Position numbers and translations under genes: made by a program | Assembly: GCA_032718475.1 (NCBI GenBank) | Contig: JAUCBJ010008109.1 | Coordinates: 62,001 to 126,000, forward strand | DNA: 64,000 nucleotides | Source of the DNA: Nemertoderma westbladi | Taxonomy: Eukaryota; Animalia; Xenacoelomorpha | Direction: 5' to 3' | In this document: positions 30,001 to 42,225 of the stretch, piece after piece | Numbering within the stretch: position 1 is the stretch's first letter | Layout: each line of letters starts with the position of its first letter | Notes under the pieces: model-generated | Seen by the model: only the letters and a program-made list of their open reading frames with translations | Databases searched by the model: none | Told to the model about the DNA's origin: nothing

Positions 30001-33000
30001 TGTAAAACAAAGGGATGGACTCACAGTTACAATGGAGTGGATGTTAAACAAAGGGATGGACTCACAGTTACAATGGATGTAAAACAAAGGGATGGACTCA
30101 CAGTTACAATGGATGTAAAACAAAGGGATGGACTCACAGTTACAATGGATGTAAAACAAAGGGATGGACTCACAGTTACAATGGATGTAAAACAAAGGGA
30201 TGGACTCACAGTTACAATGGATGTTAAACAAAGGGATGGACTCACAGTTACAATGGATGTAAAACAAAGGGATGGACTCACAGTTACAATGGAGTGGATG
30301 TTAAACAAAGGGATGGACTCACAGTTACAATGGATGTAAAACAAAGGGATGGACTCACAGTTACAATGGATGTAAAACAAAGGGATGGACTCACAGTTAC
30401 AATGGAGTGGATGTTAAACAAAGGGATGGACTCACAGTTACAATGGATGTAAAACAAAGGGATGGACTCACAGTTACACTGGATGTTAAACAAAGGGATG
30501 GACTCACAGTTACAATGGAGTGGATGTTAAACAAAGGGATAGACTCACAGTTACAATGGATGTTAAACAAAGGGATGGACTCACAGTTACAATGGATGTT
30601 AAACAAAGGGATGGACTCACAGTTACAATGGATGTTAAACAAAGGGATGGACTCACAGTTACAATGGATGTAAAACAAAGGGATGGACTCACAGTTACAA
30701 TGGATGTAAAACAAAGGGATGGACTCACAGTTACAATGGATGTTAAACAAAGGGATGGACTCACAGTTACAATGGATGTAAAACAAAGGGATGGACTCAC
30801 AGTTACAATGGATGTAAAACAAAGGGATGGACTCACAGTTACAATGGATGTTAAACAAAGGGATGGACTCACAGTTACAATGGATGTTAAACAAAGGGAT
30901 GGACTCACAGTTACAATGGATGTAAAACAAAGGGATGGACTCACAGTTACAATGGATGTAAAACAAAGGGATGGACTCACAGTTACAATGGATGTTAAAC
31001 AAAGGGATGGACTCACAGTTACAATGGATGTAAAACAAAGGGATGGACTCACAGTTACAATGGATGTTAAACAAAGGGATGGACTCACAGTTACAATGGA
31101 TGTTAAACAAAGGGATGGACTCACAGTTACAATGGATGTTAAACAAAGGGATGGACTCACAGTTACAATGGATGTAAAACAAAGGGATGGACTCACAGTT
31201 ACAATGGATGTTAAACAAAGGGATGGACTCACAGTTACAATGGATGTAAAACAAAGGGATGGACTCACAGTTACAATGGATGTAAAACAAAGGGATGGAC
31301 TCACAGTTACAATGGATGTTAAACAAAGGGATGGACTCACAGTTACAATGGAGTGGATGTTAAACAAAGGGATGGACTCACAGTTACAATGGATGTTAAA
31401 CAAAGGGATGGACTCACAGTTACAATGGAGTGGATGTTAAACAAAGGGATGGACTCACAGTTACAATGGATGTAAAACAAAGGGATGGACTCACAGTTAC
31501 AATGGATGTTAAACAAAGGGATGGACTCACAGTTACAATGGATGTAAAACAAAGGGATGGACTCACAGTTACAATGGATGTTAAACAAAGGGATGGACTC
31601 ATAGTTACAATGGATGTAAAACAAAGGGATGGATAGACTCACAGTTACAATGGATGTTAAACAAAGGGATGGACTCACAGTTACAATGGATGTTAAACAA
31701 AGGGATGGACTCATAGTTACAATGGATGTAAAACAAAGGGATGGACTCACAGTTACAATGGATGTAAAACAAAGGGATGGATAGACTCACAGTTACAATG
31801 GATGTTAAACAAAGGGATGGACTCACAGTTACAATGGATGTTAAACAAAGGGATGGACTCATAGTTACAATGGATGTAAAACAAAGGGATGGATAGACTC
31901 ACAGTTACAATGGATGTTAAACAAAGGGATGGACTCACAGTTACAATGGATGTTAAACAAAGGGATGGACTCACAGTTACAATGGATGTTAAACAAAGGG
32001 ATGGACTCACAGTTACAATGGATGTTAAACAAAGGGATGGATAGACTCACAGTTACAATGGATGTTAAACAAAGGGATGGACTCACAGTTACAATGGATG
32101 TTAAACAAAGGGATGGACTCATAGTTACAATGGATGTTAAACAAAGGGATGGACTCACAGTTACAATGGATGTTAAACAAAGGGATGGATAGACTCACAG
32201 TTACAATGGATGTTAAACAAAGGGATGGACTCACAGTTACAATGGATGTAAAACAAAGGGATGGACTCACAGTTACAATGGATGTAAAACAAAGGGATGG
32301 ATAGACTCACAGTTACAATGGATGTTAAACAAAGGGATGGACTCATAGTTACAATGGATGTTAAACAAAGGGATGGACTCACAGTTACAATGGATGTTAA
32401 ACAAAGGGATGGATAGACTCACAGTTACAATGGATGTTAAACAAAGGGATGGACTCATAGTTACAATGGATGTAAAACAAAGGGATGGACTCACAGTTAC
32501 AATGGATGTAAAACAAAGGGATGGATAGACTCACAGTTACAATGGATGTTAAACAAAGGGATGGACTCACAGTTACAATGGATGTTAAACAAAGGGATGG
32601 ACTCACAGTTACAATGGATGTAAAACAAAGGGATGGATAGACTCACAGTTACAATGGATGTTAAACAAAGGGATGGACTCACAGTTACAATGGATGTTAA
32701 ACAAAGGGATGGACTCATAGTTACAATGGATGTAAAACAAAGGGATGGATAGACTCACAGTTACAATGGATGTTAAACAAAGGGATGGACTCACAGTTAC
32801 AATGGATGTTAAACAAAGGGATGGACTCACAGTTACAATGGATGTTAAACAAAGGGATGGACTCACAGTTACAATGGATGTTAAACAAAGGGATGGACTC
32901 ATAGTTACAATGGATGTAAAACAAAGGGATGGATAGACTCACAGTTACAATGGATGTTAAACAAAGGGATGGACTCACAGTTACAATGGATGTTAAACAA

Positions 33001-36000
33001 AGGGATGGACTCACAGTTACAATGGATGTAAAACAAAGGGATGGATAGACTCATAGTTACAATGGATGTTAAACAAAGGGATGGACTCACAGTTACAATG
33101 GATGTTAAACAAAGGGATGGACTCACAGTTACAATGGATGTTAAACAAAGGGATGGATAGACTCATAGTTACAATGGATGTAAAACAAAGGGATGGATAG
33201 ACTCACAGTTACAATGGAGTGGATGTTAAACAAAGGGATGGACTCACAGTTACAATGGAGTGGATGTTAAACAAAGGGATGGATAGACTCACAGTTACAA
33301 TGGATGTTAAACAAAGGGATGGACTCACAGTTACAATGGATGTTAAACAAAGGGATGGACTCACAGTTACAATGGATGTAAAACAAAGGGATGGACTCAC
33401 AGTTACAATGGATGTTAAACAAAGGGATGGACTCACAGTTACAATGGATGTAAAACAAAGGGATGGACTCACAGTTACAATGGATGTTAAACAAAGGGAT
33501 GGACTCACAGTTACAATGGATGTAAAACAAAGGGATGGATAGACTCACAGTTACAATGGATGTTAAACAAAGGGATGGACTCACAGTTACAATGGATGTT
33601 AAACAAAGGGATGGACTCACAGTTACAATGGATGTAAAACAAAGGGATGGATAGACTCACAGTTACAATGGATGTTAAACAAAGGGATGGACTCACAGTT
33701 ACAATGGATGTTAAACAAAGGGATGGATAGACTCATAGTTACAATGGATGTAAAACAAAGGGATGGATAGACTCACAGTTACAATGGATGTTAAACAAAG
33801 GGATGGACTCACAGTTACAATGGATGTTAAACAAAGGGATGGACTCATAGTTACAATGGATGTAAAACAAAGGGATGGATGGACTCACAGTTACAATGGA
33901 TGTAAAACAAAGGGATGGACTCACAGTTACAATGGATGTTAAACAAAGGGATGGACTCACAGTTACAATGGATGTTAAACAAAGGGATGGACTCACAGTT
34001 ACAATGGATGTAAAACAAAGGGATGGACTCACAGTTACAATGGATGTTAAACAAAGGGATGGACTCATAGTTACAATGGATGTAAAACAAAGGGATGGAT
34101 AGACTCATAGTTACAATGGATGTTAAACAAAGGGATGGATGGACTCACAGTTACAATGGATGTTAAACAAAGGGATGGACTCACAGTTACAATGGATGTT
34201 AAACAAAGGGATGGATAGACTCATAGTTACAATGGATGTTAAACAAAGGGATGGACTCACAGTTACAATGGATGTAAAACAAAGGGATGGACTCATAGTT
34301 ACAATGGATGTTAAACAAAGGGATGGATAGACTCATAGTTACAATGGATGTTAAACAAAGGGATGGACTCACAGTTACAATGGATGTAAAACAAAGGGAT
34401 GGACTCACAGTTACAATGGATGTTAAACAAAGGGATGGACTCCCAGTTACAATGGATGTTAAACAAAGGGATGGACTCACAGTTACAATGGATGTTAAAC
34501 AAAGGGATGGATAGACTCATAGTTACAATGGATGTAAAACAAAGGGATGGATAGACTCACAGTTACAATGGATGTTAAACAAAGGGATGGACTCACAGTT
34601 ACATTGCATGTAAAACAAAGGGATGGATAGACTCACAGTTACAATGGATGTTAAACAAAGGGATAGACTCACAGTTACAATGGAGTGGATGTTAAACAAA
34701 GGGATGGACTCACAGTTACAATGGATGTTAAACAAAGGGATGGACTCATAGTTACAATGGATGTAAAACAAAGGGATGGATAGACTCACAGTTACAATGG
34801 ATGTTAAACAAAGGGATGGACTCACAGTTACAATGGATGTTAAACAAAGGGATGGATAGACTCATAGTTACAATGGATGTAAAACAAAGGGATGGATAGA
34901 CTCATAGTTACAATGGATGTAAAACAAAGGGATGGATAGACTCACAGTTACAATGGAGTGGATGTTAAACAAAGGGATGGACTCACAGTTACAATGGATG
35001 TTAAACAAAGGGATGGACTCATAGTTACAATGGATGTTAAACAAAGGGATGGACTCACAGTTACAATGGATGTTAAACAAAGGGATGGACTCACAGTTAC
35101 AATGGAGTGGATGTTAAACAAAGGGATGGACTCACAGTTACAATGGAGTGGATGTTAAACAAAGGGATGGACTCACAGTTACAATGGATGTAAAACAAAG
35201 GGATGGACTCACAGTTACAATGGATGTTAAACAAAGGGATGGACTCATAGTTACAATGGATGTAAAACAAAGGGATGGACTCACAGTTACAATGGATGTT
35301 AAACAAAGGGATGGACTCACAGTTACAATGGATGTAAAACAAAGGGATGGACTCACAGTTACAATGGATGTTAAACAAAGGGATGGACTCACAGTTACAA
35401 TGGATGTTAAACAAAGGGATGGACTCACAGTTACAATGGATGTAAAACAAAGGGATAGACTCACAGTTACAATGGATGTAAAACAAAGGGATGGACTCAC
35501 AGTTACAATGGATGTAAAACAAAGGGATGGACTCACAGTTACAATGGATGTAAAACAAAGGGATGGACTCACAGTTACAATGGATGTAAAACAAAGGGAT
35601 GGACTCACAGTTACAATGGATGTTAAACAAAGGGATGGATAGACTCATAGTTACAATGGATGTAAAACAAAGGGATGGACTCACAGTTACAATGGATGTT
35701 AAACAAAGGGATGGACTCACAGTTACAATGGATGTAAAACAAAGGGATGGACTCACAGTTACAATGGAGTGGATGTTAAACAAAGGGATGGACTCACAGT
35801 TACAATGGATGTTAAACAAAGGGATGGATAGACTCACAGTTACAATGGATGTTAAACAAAGGGATGGATAGACTCACAGTTACAATGGATGTTAAACAAA
35901 GGGATGGATAGACTCACAGTTACAATGGATGTAAAACAAAGGGATGGATAGACTCATAGTTACAATGGATGTAAAACAAAGGGATGGATAGACTCATAGT

Positions 36001-39000
36001 TACAATGGATGTTAAACAAAGGGATGGACAGACTCACAGTTACAATGGATGTTAAACAAAGGGATGGACTCACAGTTACAATGGATGTTAAACAAAGGGA
36101 TGGATAGACTCACAGTTACAATGGATGTAAAACAAAGGGATGGATAGACTCATAGTTACAATGGATGTAAAACAAAGGGATGGATAGACTCATAGTTACA
36201 ATGGATGTTAAACAAAGGGATGGACAGACTCACAGTTACAATGGATGTTAAACAAAGGGATGGACTCACAGTTACAATGGATGTTAAACAAAGGGATGGA
36301 CTCATAGTTACAATGGATGTTAAACAAAGGGATGGACTCACAGTTACAATGGATGTTAAACAAAGGGATGGACTCACAGTTACAATGGAGTGGATGTTAA
36401 ACAAAGGGATGGACTCACAGTTACAATGGATGTAAAACAAAGGGATGGACTCACAGTTACAATGGAGTGGATGTTAAACAAAGGGATGGACTCACAGTTA
36501 CAATGGATGTAAAACAAAGGGATGGACTCACAGTTACAATGGAGTGGATGTTAAACAAAGGGATGGACTCACAGTTACAATGGATGTAAAACAAAGGGAT
36601 GGATAGACTCACAGTTACAATGGATGTAAAACAAAGGGATGGACTCACAGTTACAATGGAGTGGATGTTAAACAAAGGGATGGACTCACAGTTACAATGG
36701 ATGTAAAACAAAGGGATGGATAGACTCACAGTTACAATGGAGTGGATGTTAAACAAAGGGATGGACTCACAGTTACAATGGATGTAAAACAAAGGGATGG
36801 ACTCACAGTTACAATTTATGTTAAACAAATGGATGGACTCACAGTTATAATGGATGTTAAACAAAGGGATGGACTCACAGTTACAATGGATGTAAAACAA
36901 AGGGATGGACTCACAGTTACAATTTATGTTAAACAAATGGATGGACTCACAGTTACAATGGATGTAAAACAAAGGGATGGACTCACAGTTACAATGGATG
37001 TAAAACAAAGGGATGGATAGACTCACAGTTACAATGGAGTGGATGTTAAACAAAGGGATGGACTCACAGTTACAATGGATGTAAAACAAAGGGATGGACT
37101 CACAGTTACAATTTATGTTAAACAAATGGATGGACTCACAGTTACAATGGATGTAAAACAAAGGGATGGACTCACAGTTACAATGGATGTAAAACAAAGG
37201 GATGGACTCACAGTTACAATTTATGTTAAACAAATGGATGGACTCACAGTTACAATGGATGTAAAACAAAGGGATGGACTCACAGTTACAATGGATGTAA
37301 AACAAAGGGATGGATAGACTCACAGTTACAATGGAGTGGATGTTAAACAAAGGGATGGACTCACAGTTACAATGGATGTTAAACAAAGGGATGGACTCAC
37401 AGTTACAATGGAGTGGATGTTAAACAAAGGGATGGACTCACAGTTACAATGGATGTAAAACAAAGGGATGGACTCACAGTTACAATGGATGTTAAACAAA
37501 GGGATGGACTCACAGTTACAATGGATGTAAAACAAAGGGATGGACTCACAGTTACAATGGATGTAAAACAAAGGGATGGATAGACTCATAGTTACAATGG
37601 ATGTTAAACAAAGGGATGGACTCACAGTTACAATGGATGTTAAACAAAGGGATGGACTCACAGTTACAATGGATGTTAAACAAAGGGATGGATAGACTCA
37701 TAGTTACAATGGATGTAAAACAAAGGGATGGACTCACAGTTACAATGGATGTAAAACAAAGGGATGGATAGACTCATAGTTACAATGGATGTTAAACAAA
37801 GGGATAGACTCATAGTTACAATGGATGTTAAACAAAGGGATGGACTCACAGTTACAATGGATGTTAAACAAAGGGATGGACTCACAGTTACAATGGATGT
37901 TAAACAAAGGGATGGATAGACTCATAGTTACAATGGATGTAAAACAAAGGGATGGACTCACAGTTACAATGGATGTTAAACAAAGGGATGGACTCACAGT
38001 TACAATGGAGTGGATGTTAAACAAAGGGATGGACTCACAGTTACAATGGATGTAAAACAAAGGGATGGATAGACTCATAGTTACAATGGATGTAAAACAA
38101 AGGGATGGATAGACTCATAGTTACAATGGATGTTAAACAAAGGGATGGACTCACAGTTACAATGGATGTTAAACAAAGGGATGGACTCATAGTTACAATG
38201 GATGTTAAACAAAGGGATGGACTCACAGTTACAATGGATGTTAAACAAAGGGATGGACTCACAGTTACAATGGAGTGGATGTTAAACAAAGGGATGGACT
38301 CACAGTTACAATGGATGTAAAACAAAGGGATGGATAGACTCATAGTTACAATGGATGTTAAACAAAGGGATGGACTCACAGTTACAATGGATGTAAAACA
38401 AAGGGATGGACTCATAGTTACAATGGATGTTAAACAAAGGGATGGACTCACAGTTACAATGGATGTAAAACAAAGGGATGGACTCATAGTTACAATGGAT
38501 GTTAAACAAAGGGATGGACTCACAGTTACAATGGATGTAAAACAAAGGGATGGATAGACTCACAGTTACAATGGAGTGGATGTTAAACAAAGGGATGGAC
38601 TCACAGTTACAATGGATGTAAAACAAAGGGATGGACTCACAGTTACAATTTATGTTAAACAAATGGATGGACTCACAGTTATAATGGATGTTAAACAAAG
38701 GGATGGACTCACAGTTACAATGGATGTAAAACAAAGGGATGGACTCACAGTTACAATTTATGTTAAACAAATGGATGGACTCACAGTTACAATGGATGTA
38801 AAACAAAGGGATGGACTCACAGTTACAATGGATGTAAAACAAAGGGATGGATAGACTCACAGTTACAATGGAGTGGATGTTAAACAAAGGGATGGACTCA
38901 CAGTTACAATGGATGTAAAACAAAGGGATGGACTCACAGTTACAATTTATGTTAAACAAATGGATGGACTCACAGTTACAATGGATGTTAAACAAAGGGA

Positions 39001-39873
39001 TGGACTCACAGTTACAATGGATGTTAAACAAAGGGATGGATAGACTCACAGTTACAATGGAGTGGATGTTAAACAAAGGGATGGACTCACAGTTACAATG
39101 GATGTAAAACAAAGGGATGGACTCACAGTTACAATGGATGTAAAACAAAGGGATGGACTCACAGTTACAATGGATGTAAAACAAAGGGATGGACTCACAG
39201 TTACAATGGATGTTAAACAAAGGGATGGACTCACAGTTACAATAGATTGCATGTTAAACAAAGGGATGGACTCACAGTTACAATGGATGTTAAACAAAGG
39301 GTGGATGGACTCACAGTTACAATGGATGTAAAACAAAGGGATAGACTCACAGTTACAATGGATGTTAAACAAAGGGATGGACTCACAGTTATAATGGATG
39401 TTAAACAAAGGGATGGACTCACAGTTACAATGGATGTAAAACAAAGGGATGGACTCACAGTTACAATGGATGTAAAACAAAGGGATGGACTCACAGTTAC
39501 AATGGATGTAAAACAAAGGGATGGACTCACAGTTACAATGGCATGTAAAACAAAGGGATGGATAGACTCACAGTTACAATGGATGTTAAACAAAGGGATG
39601 GACTCACAGTTACAATGGATGTTAAACAAAGGGATGGACTCACAGTTACAATGTTGCATGTTAAACAAAGGGATGGACTCACAGTTACAATGGATGTAAA
39701 ACAAAGGGATGGACTCACAGTTACAATGGATGTTAAACAAAGGGATGGACTCACAGTTACAATGGATGTAAAACAAAGGGATGGACTCACAGTTACAATG
39801 ATTGCATGTTAAACAAAGGGATGGACTCACAGTTACAATGGATGTTAAACAAAGGGATGGACTCACAGTTACA
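1..39873. repeat. 36-bp satellite array (~1,050-1,100 monomers, open at window start). Consensus + strand GGATGGACTCACAGTTACAATGGATGT(A/T)AAACAAAG, with 40-bp and 41-bp length variants
   Basis: Direct reading: uninterrupted head-to-tail monomers from base 1 to 39873. 40-bp variant carries GGATGGATAGAC; 41-bp variants carry ATAGATTGCATG or ATGGAGTGGATG. Copy number estimated from length divided by ~36.5 bp. Confidence 0.99.
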
Positions 39874-40040
39874 CGAGGGCAAACCGAACTGGGTGCAATC
39901 GCGTTCCTCCTTATTGTCTCCAACGCAATTATTTTCCGATTGATTTCCGCCCGTCACACAAACCCGCCGGCGACTTTGGTAACTAAGTTTGCCACACGTT
40001 GTGTTGCACGGGCCCCAATCCCACCACTCGGTCCACGAAC
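39867..40040 (-). CDS. Coding exon 6: TSP1 repeat 4 (GSWTEWWDWGPCNTTCGKLSYQSRRRVCVTGGNQSENNCVGDNKEERDCTQFGLPSCN); not shown in the ORF track
   Basis: Manual translation of the reverse strand: ggcAG acceptor at 40041-40042, 174 bp, phase 1-1, six Cys and WxxWxxW. Donor T|GTGAGT at 39861-39866 lies inside the terminal satellite monomer. Confidence 0.92.
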
Positions 40041-41280
40041 CTGCCGAGTTACATTATTATTTCATTTAGTTTTATGTCAATCAATTGGTAACGATTCCTG
40101 CTCGCTCTCCACAATTTAATAGTTTTAATACTTTTAGTTTTAATTGTTTTAAAATAAAGTTGGACAAGTTCTACTAGATCTAAATTATACAGCTGGATTT
40201 ATAGTATTATTATATAATATGGCAGTGATTTTCTTTTTCTCCGTATAATTTTACATGAGGAATTTTTTTAGACTCTAAATTAATTTTCATGCCCCTTTTT
40301 ATTCAAACTGTCAGGCTGAGGATTTCTGGACTTCCTGATAGTCGATTTCTAAATTATTAAATTTAGTGAGTAAGGAAAGGAACAGGTTTCAGCGGTAGTC
40401 TTTTTTTATTTACACCAGTTTGGTAGTGCTTGATACCGAAACGTAAATCATGAAATAAAACGAAGTAATAAAGTAAAAAGGACATTACAAAAGTTATACC
40501 CATTTAATTGAATTGCTATACACTAGTGTTACATAAATCGATACAAACTTGTTGCTATAATAAATTTTATTCTCTGCTAAATCTATTTATTCTGTAAAAA
40601 ATGATTTTTTTTAAATGGGTCACCAAACCGAACCTACTGTTTGGAAATTAACAGGTAGGAAACGGCGTTATCTGATACAACTACACTGTGTGTGCCAACA
40701 GCCAGTGATTGTGTGTCGAGATTGCACTGTCCTCGGGGACTGACAGTTTCTGCTACCGGTACCGGTGGTATGGGAGAGCCAGGCCATGGGAGAGCGCTGT
40801 CCTGAGATTCACCTTTAACATGTAGGCCTACAACTACAGTACAACCTAATCGATAAACCGCCATCTCTTCATAACCCGTACGAAAATCGCCCGAGGCATT
40901 GCGTTACCGTTAACTAAATACGTTATCGTTAGTTTCAAGTTGTCCCCTTGGACGTCAACTCCAACTGATGTTGTTTGACAGTTTCCGAATGCGTAAACCC
41001 AAATAATTACAACGCGAGCGAACGAATAACCATTAATTGACAAGGTGAGATTTGTGGTGCGTAGCGTCCATACTTACACCAACTATCAACTATCATCAGC
41101 GTATACCGATGCACCTAGCAGACCGTGTACCGTACCAGAGTGTACCAGAGTGTTCAAACCAAAATTAATCCGATGTACAGTAATTGTAATTTAACCTAAA
41201 AACGTAATTATTATTCTGCTGTTTATGTGTTTGCTTCTTTTTATTTGTGTATATTTTTTTGTCCTCTGTCTCCCAACCTT

Positions 41281-41340
41281 TAGGTCATGAGTTCGAGCCC
41301 TAGTAAAGGAATACCAGTTTTCGTCTAGTTGTTAACTCTT
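41281..41340 (+). mobile_element. Fragment of a tRNA-derived SINE (B-box region)
   Basis: GGTCATGAGTTCGAGCCC...CAGTTTTCGT resembles GGTCGTGGGTTCGATCCT...CAGTTTTCGT of the SINE at ~49480. Confidence 0.45.
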
Positions 41341-41628
41341 AATGAATTATGAGTTCTGAGAATTTGTGAATTATGAGGGAAAATAATAGTGAGAGTATTC
41401 GATGTAGGGAGTTAGTCTGTGGCGTCCTGTCCGCCTTACAGGTAACAGCCAAGATAATTCTTTGTCAATGTTTCTTAATTCACATTCACGGATAAATTTA
41501 CCTTTATTTTCAAGTATCAGAAAGTTTTCTATAAATACAAACCGGCAGTACTAAATACTTTCAGTTTGGTTTTAGCCATTTAGTCATCTTATATGCCTAA
41601 ACTATTAAACCTTTAAAAAATTATTTAC

Positions 41629-41808
41629 CTCTACAACTATCAGCATGCCAACATTTCGTAGATTCCATTTGGGTCTGATTGCCATGGGAACAGGGTTTCC
41701 CACCGTATCTGGGTGATGGTGAGGTGCATGTACGAGATCTATGGACTAAACTTTCTCCACAGGAGACTGGGCATGATGACCAAGACGACCAATGGGACCA
41801 ACCGCCGT
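41629..41808 (-). CDS. Coding exon 5: TSP1 repeat 3 ([18 protein letters not shown]...[17 protein letters not shown]...SCR)
   Basis: ctAG acceptor at 41809-41810, G|GTAAAT donor; 180 bp, phase 1-1; canonical TSR motifs. Confidence 0.95.
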
Positions 41809-42048
41809 CTAGTTTATAGAGGTACATTAATGAGTTATAATTAATAGGAGTTCTAATTAAAGCTAATTGTCTCGTAGTTTATAAAAGTTTAAAAAATGTT
41901 TGAAAAGGAAGGCACTCTGGGGCCTTTGTGCAGCAAAAGTTCAACCATCTTAACGAACACTTATAATTATACTATGGTTAGTTACTATACTGGCTTGCGA
42001 TACACCCAAACACCCCCCCCCACCATCGAAATAATATTATTCCCTTAC

Positions 42049-42225
42049 CTATTGGACACGGCGTTCTGATTGGACAATGCATGGTTTCCGAGCTGGGTCC
42101 CGGACACTCCTTACCGCCCTCTAGCGGTGAAGGTGAGTTACATAATCGTATTCGTGTCTTCGTTGTAGCACCGCATGACGGCGTACACTCAGAGAATTCT
42201 CCCCAGACAGACCAACCACCATCAA
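42049..42225 (-). CDS. Coding exon 4: TSP1 repeat 2 (VDGGWSVWGEFSECTPSCG...RIRLCNSPSPLEGGKECPG...CPI)
   Basis: tgcAG acceptor, G|GTAAGG donor; 177 bp, phase 1-1; canonical TSR motifs. Confidence 0.95.

Noticed and set aside
80-39812. Long ORFs MDVKQRDGLTVT / SIVTVSPSLCFT / IHCNCESIPLFY as repeat proteins
   Set aside because: A 36-bp period keeps several frames open on both strands; frequent 4- and 5-bp indels shift frames at random, which is inconsistent with coding constraint.
1-39873. CRISPR array (36-bp repeat, GTTTTA/AAAAC words)
   Set aside because: Monomers are directly adjacent with no unique spacers, there are no cas genes, and the context is a spliced eukaryotic gene.
40634-41043. 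ORFs 40634..40864 and 40846..41043 as extra exons
   Set aside because: No TSR motif or convincing phase-1 boundaries; exons 5 and 6 join in frame without them. Probably an unidentified repeat remnant.
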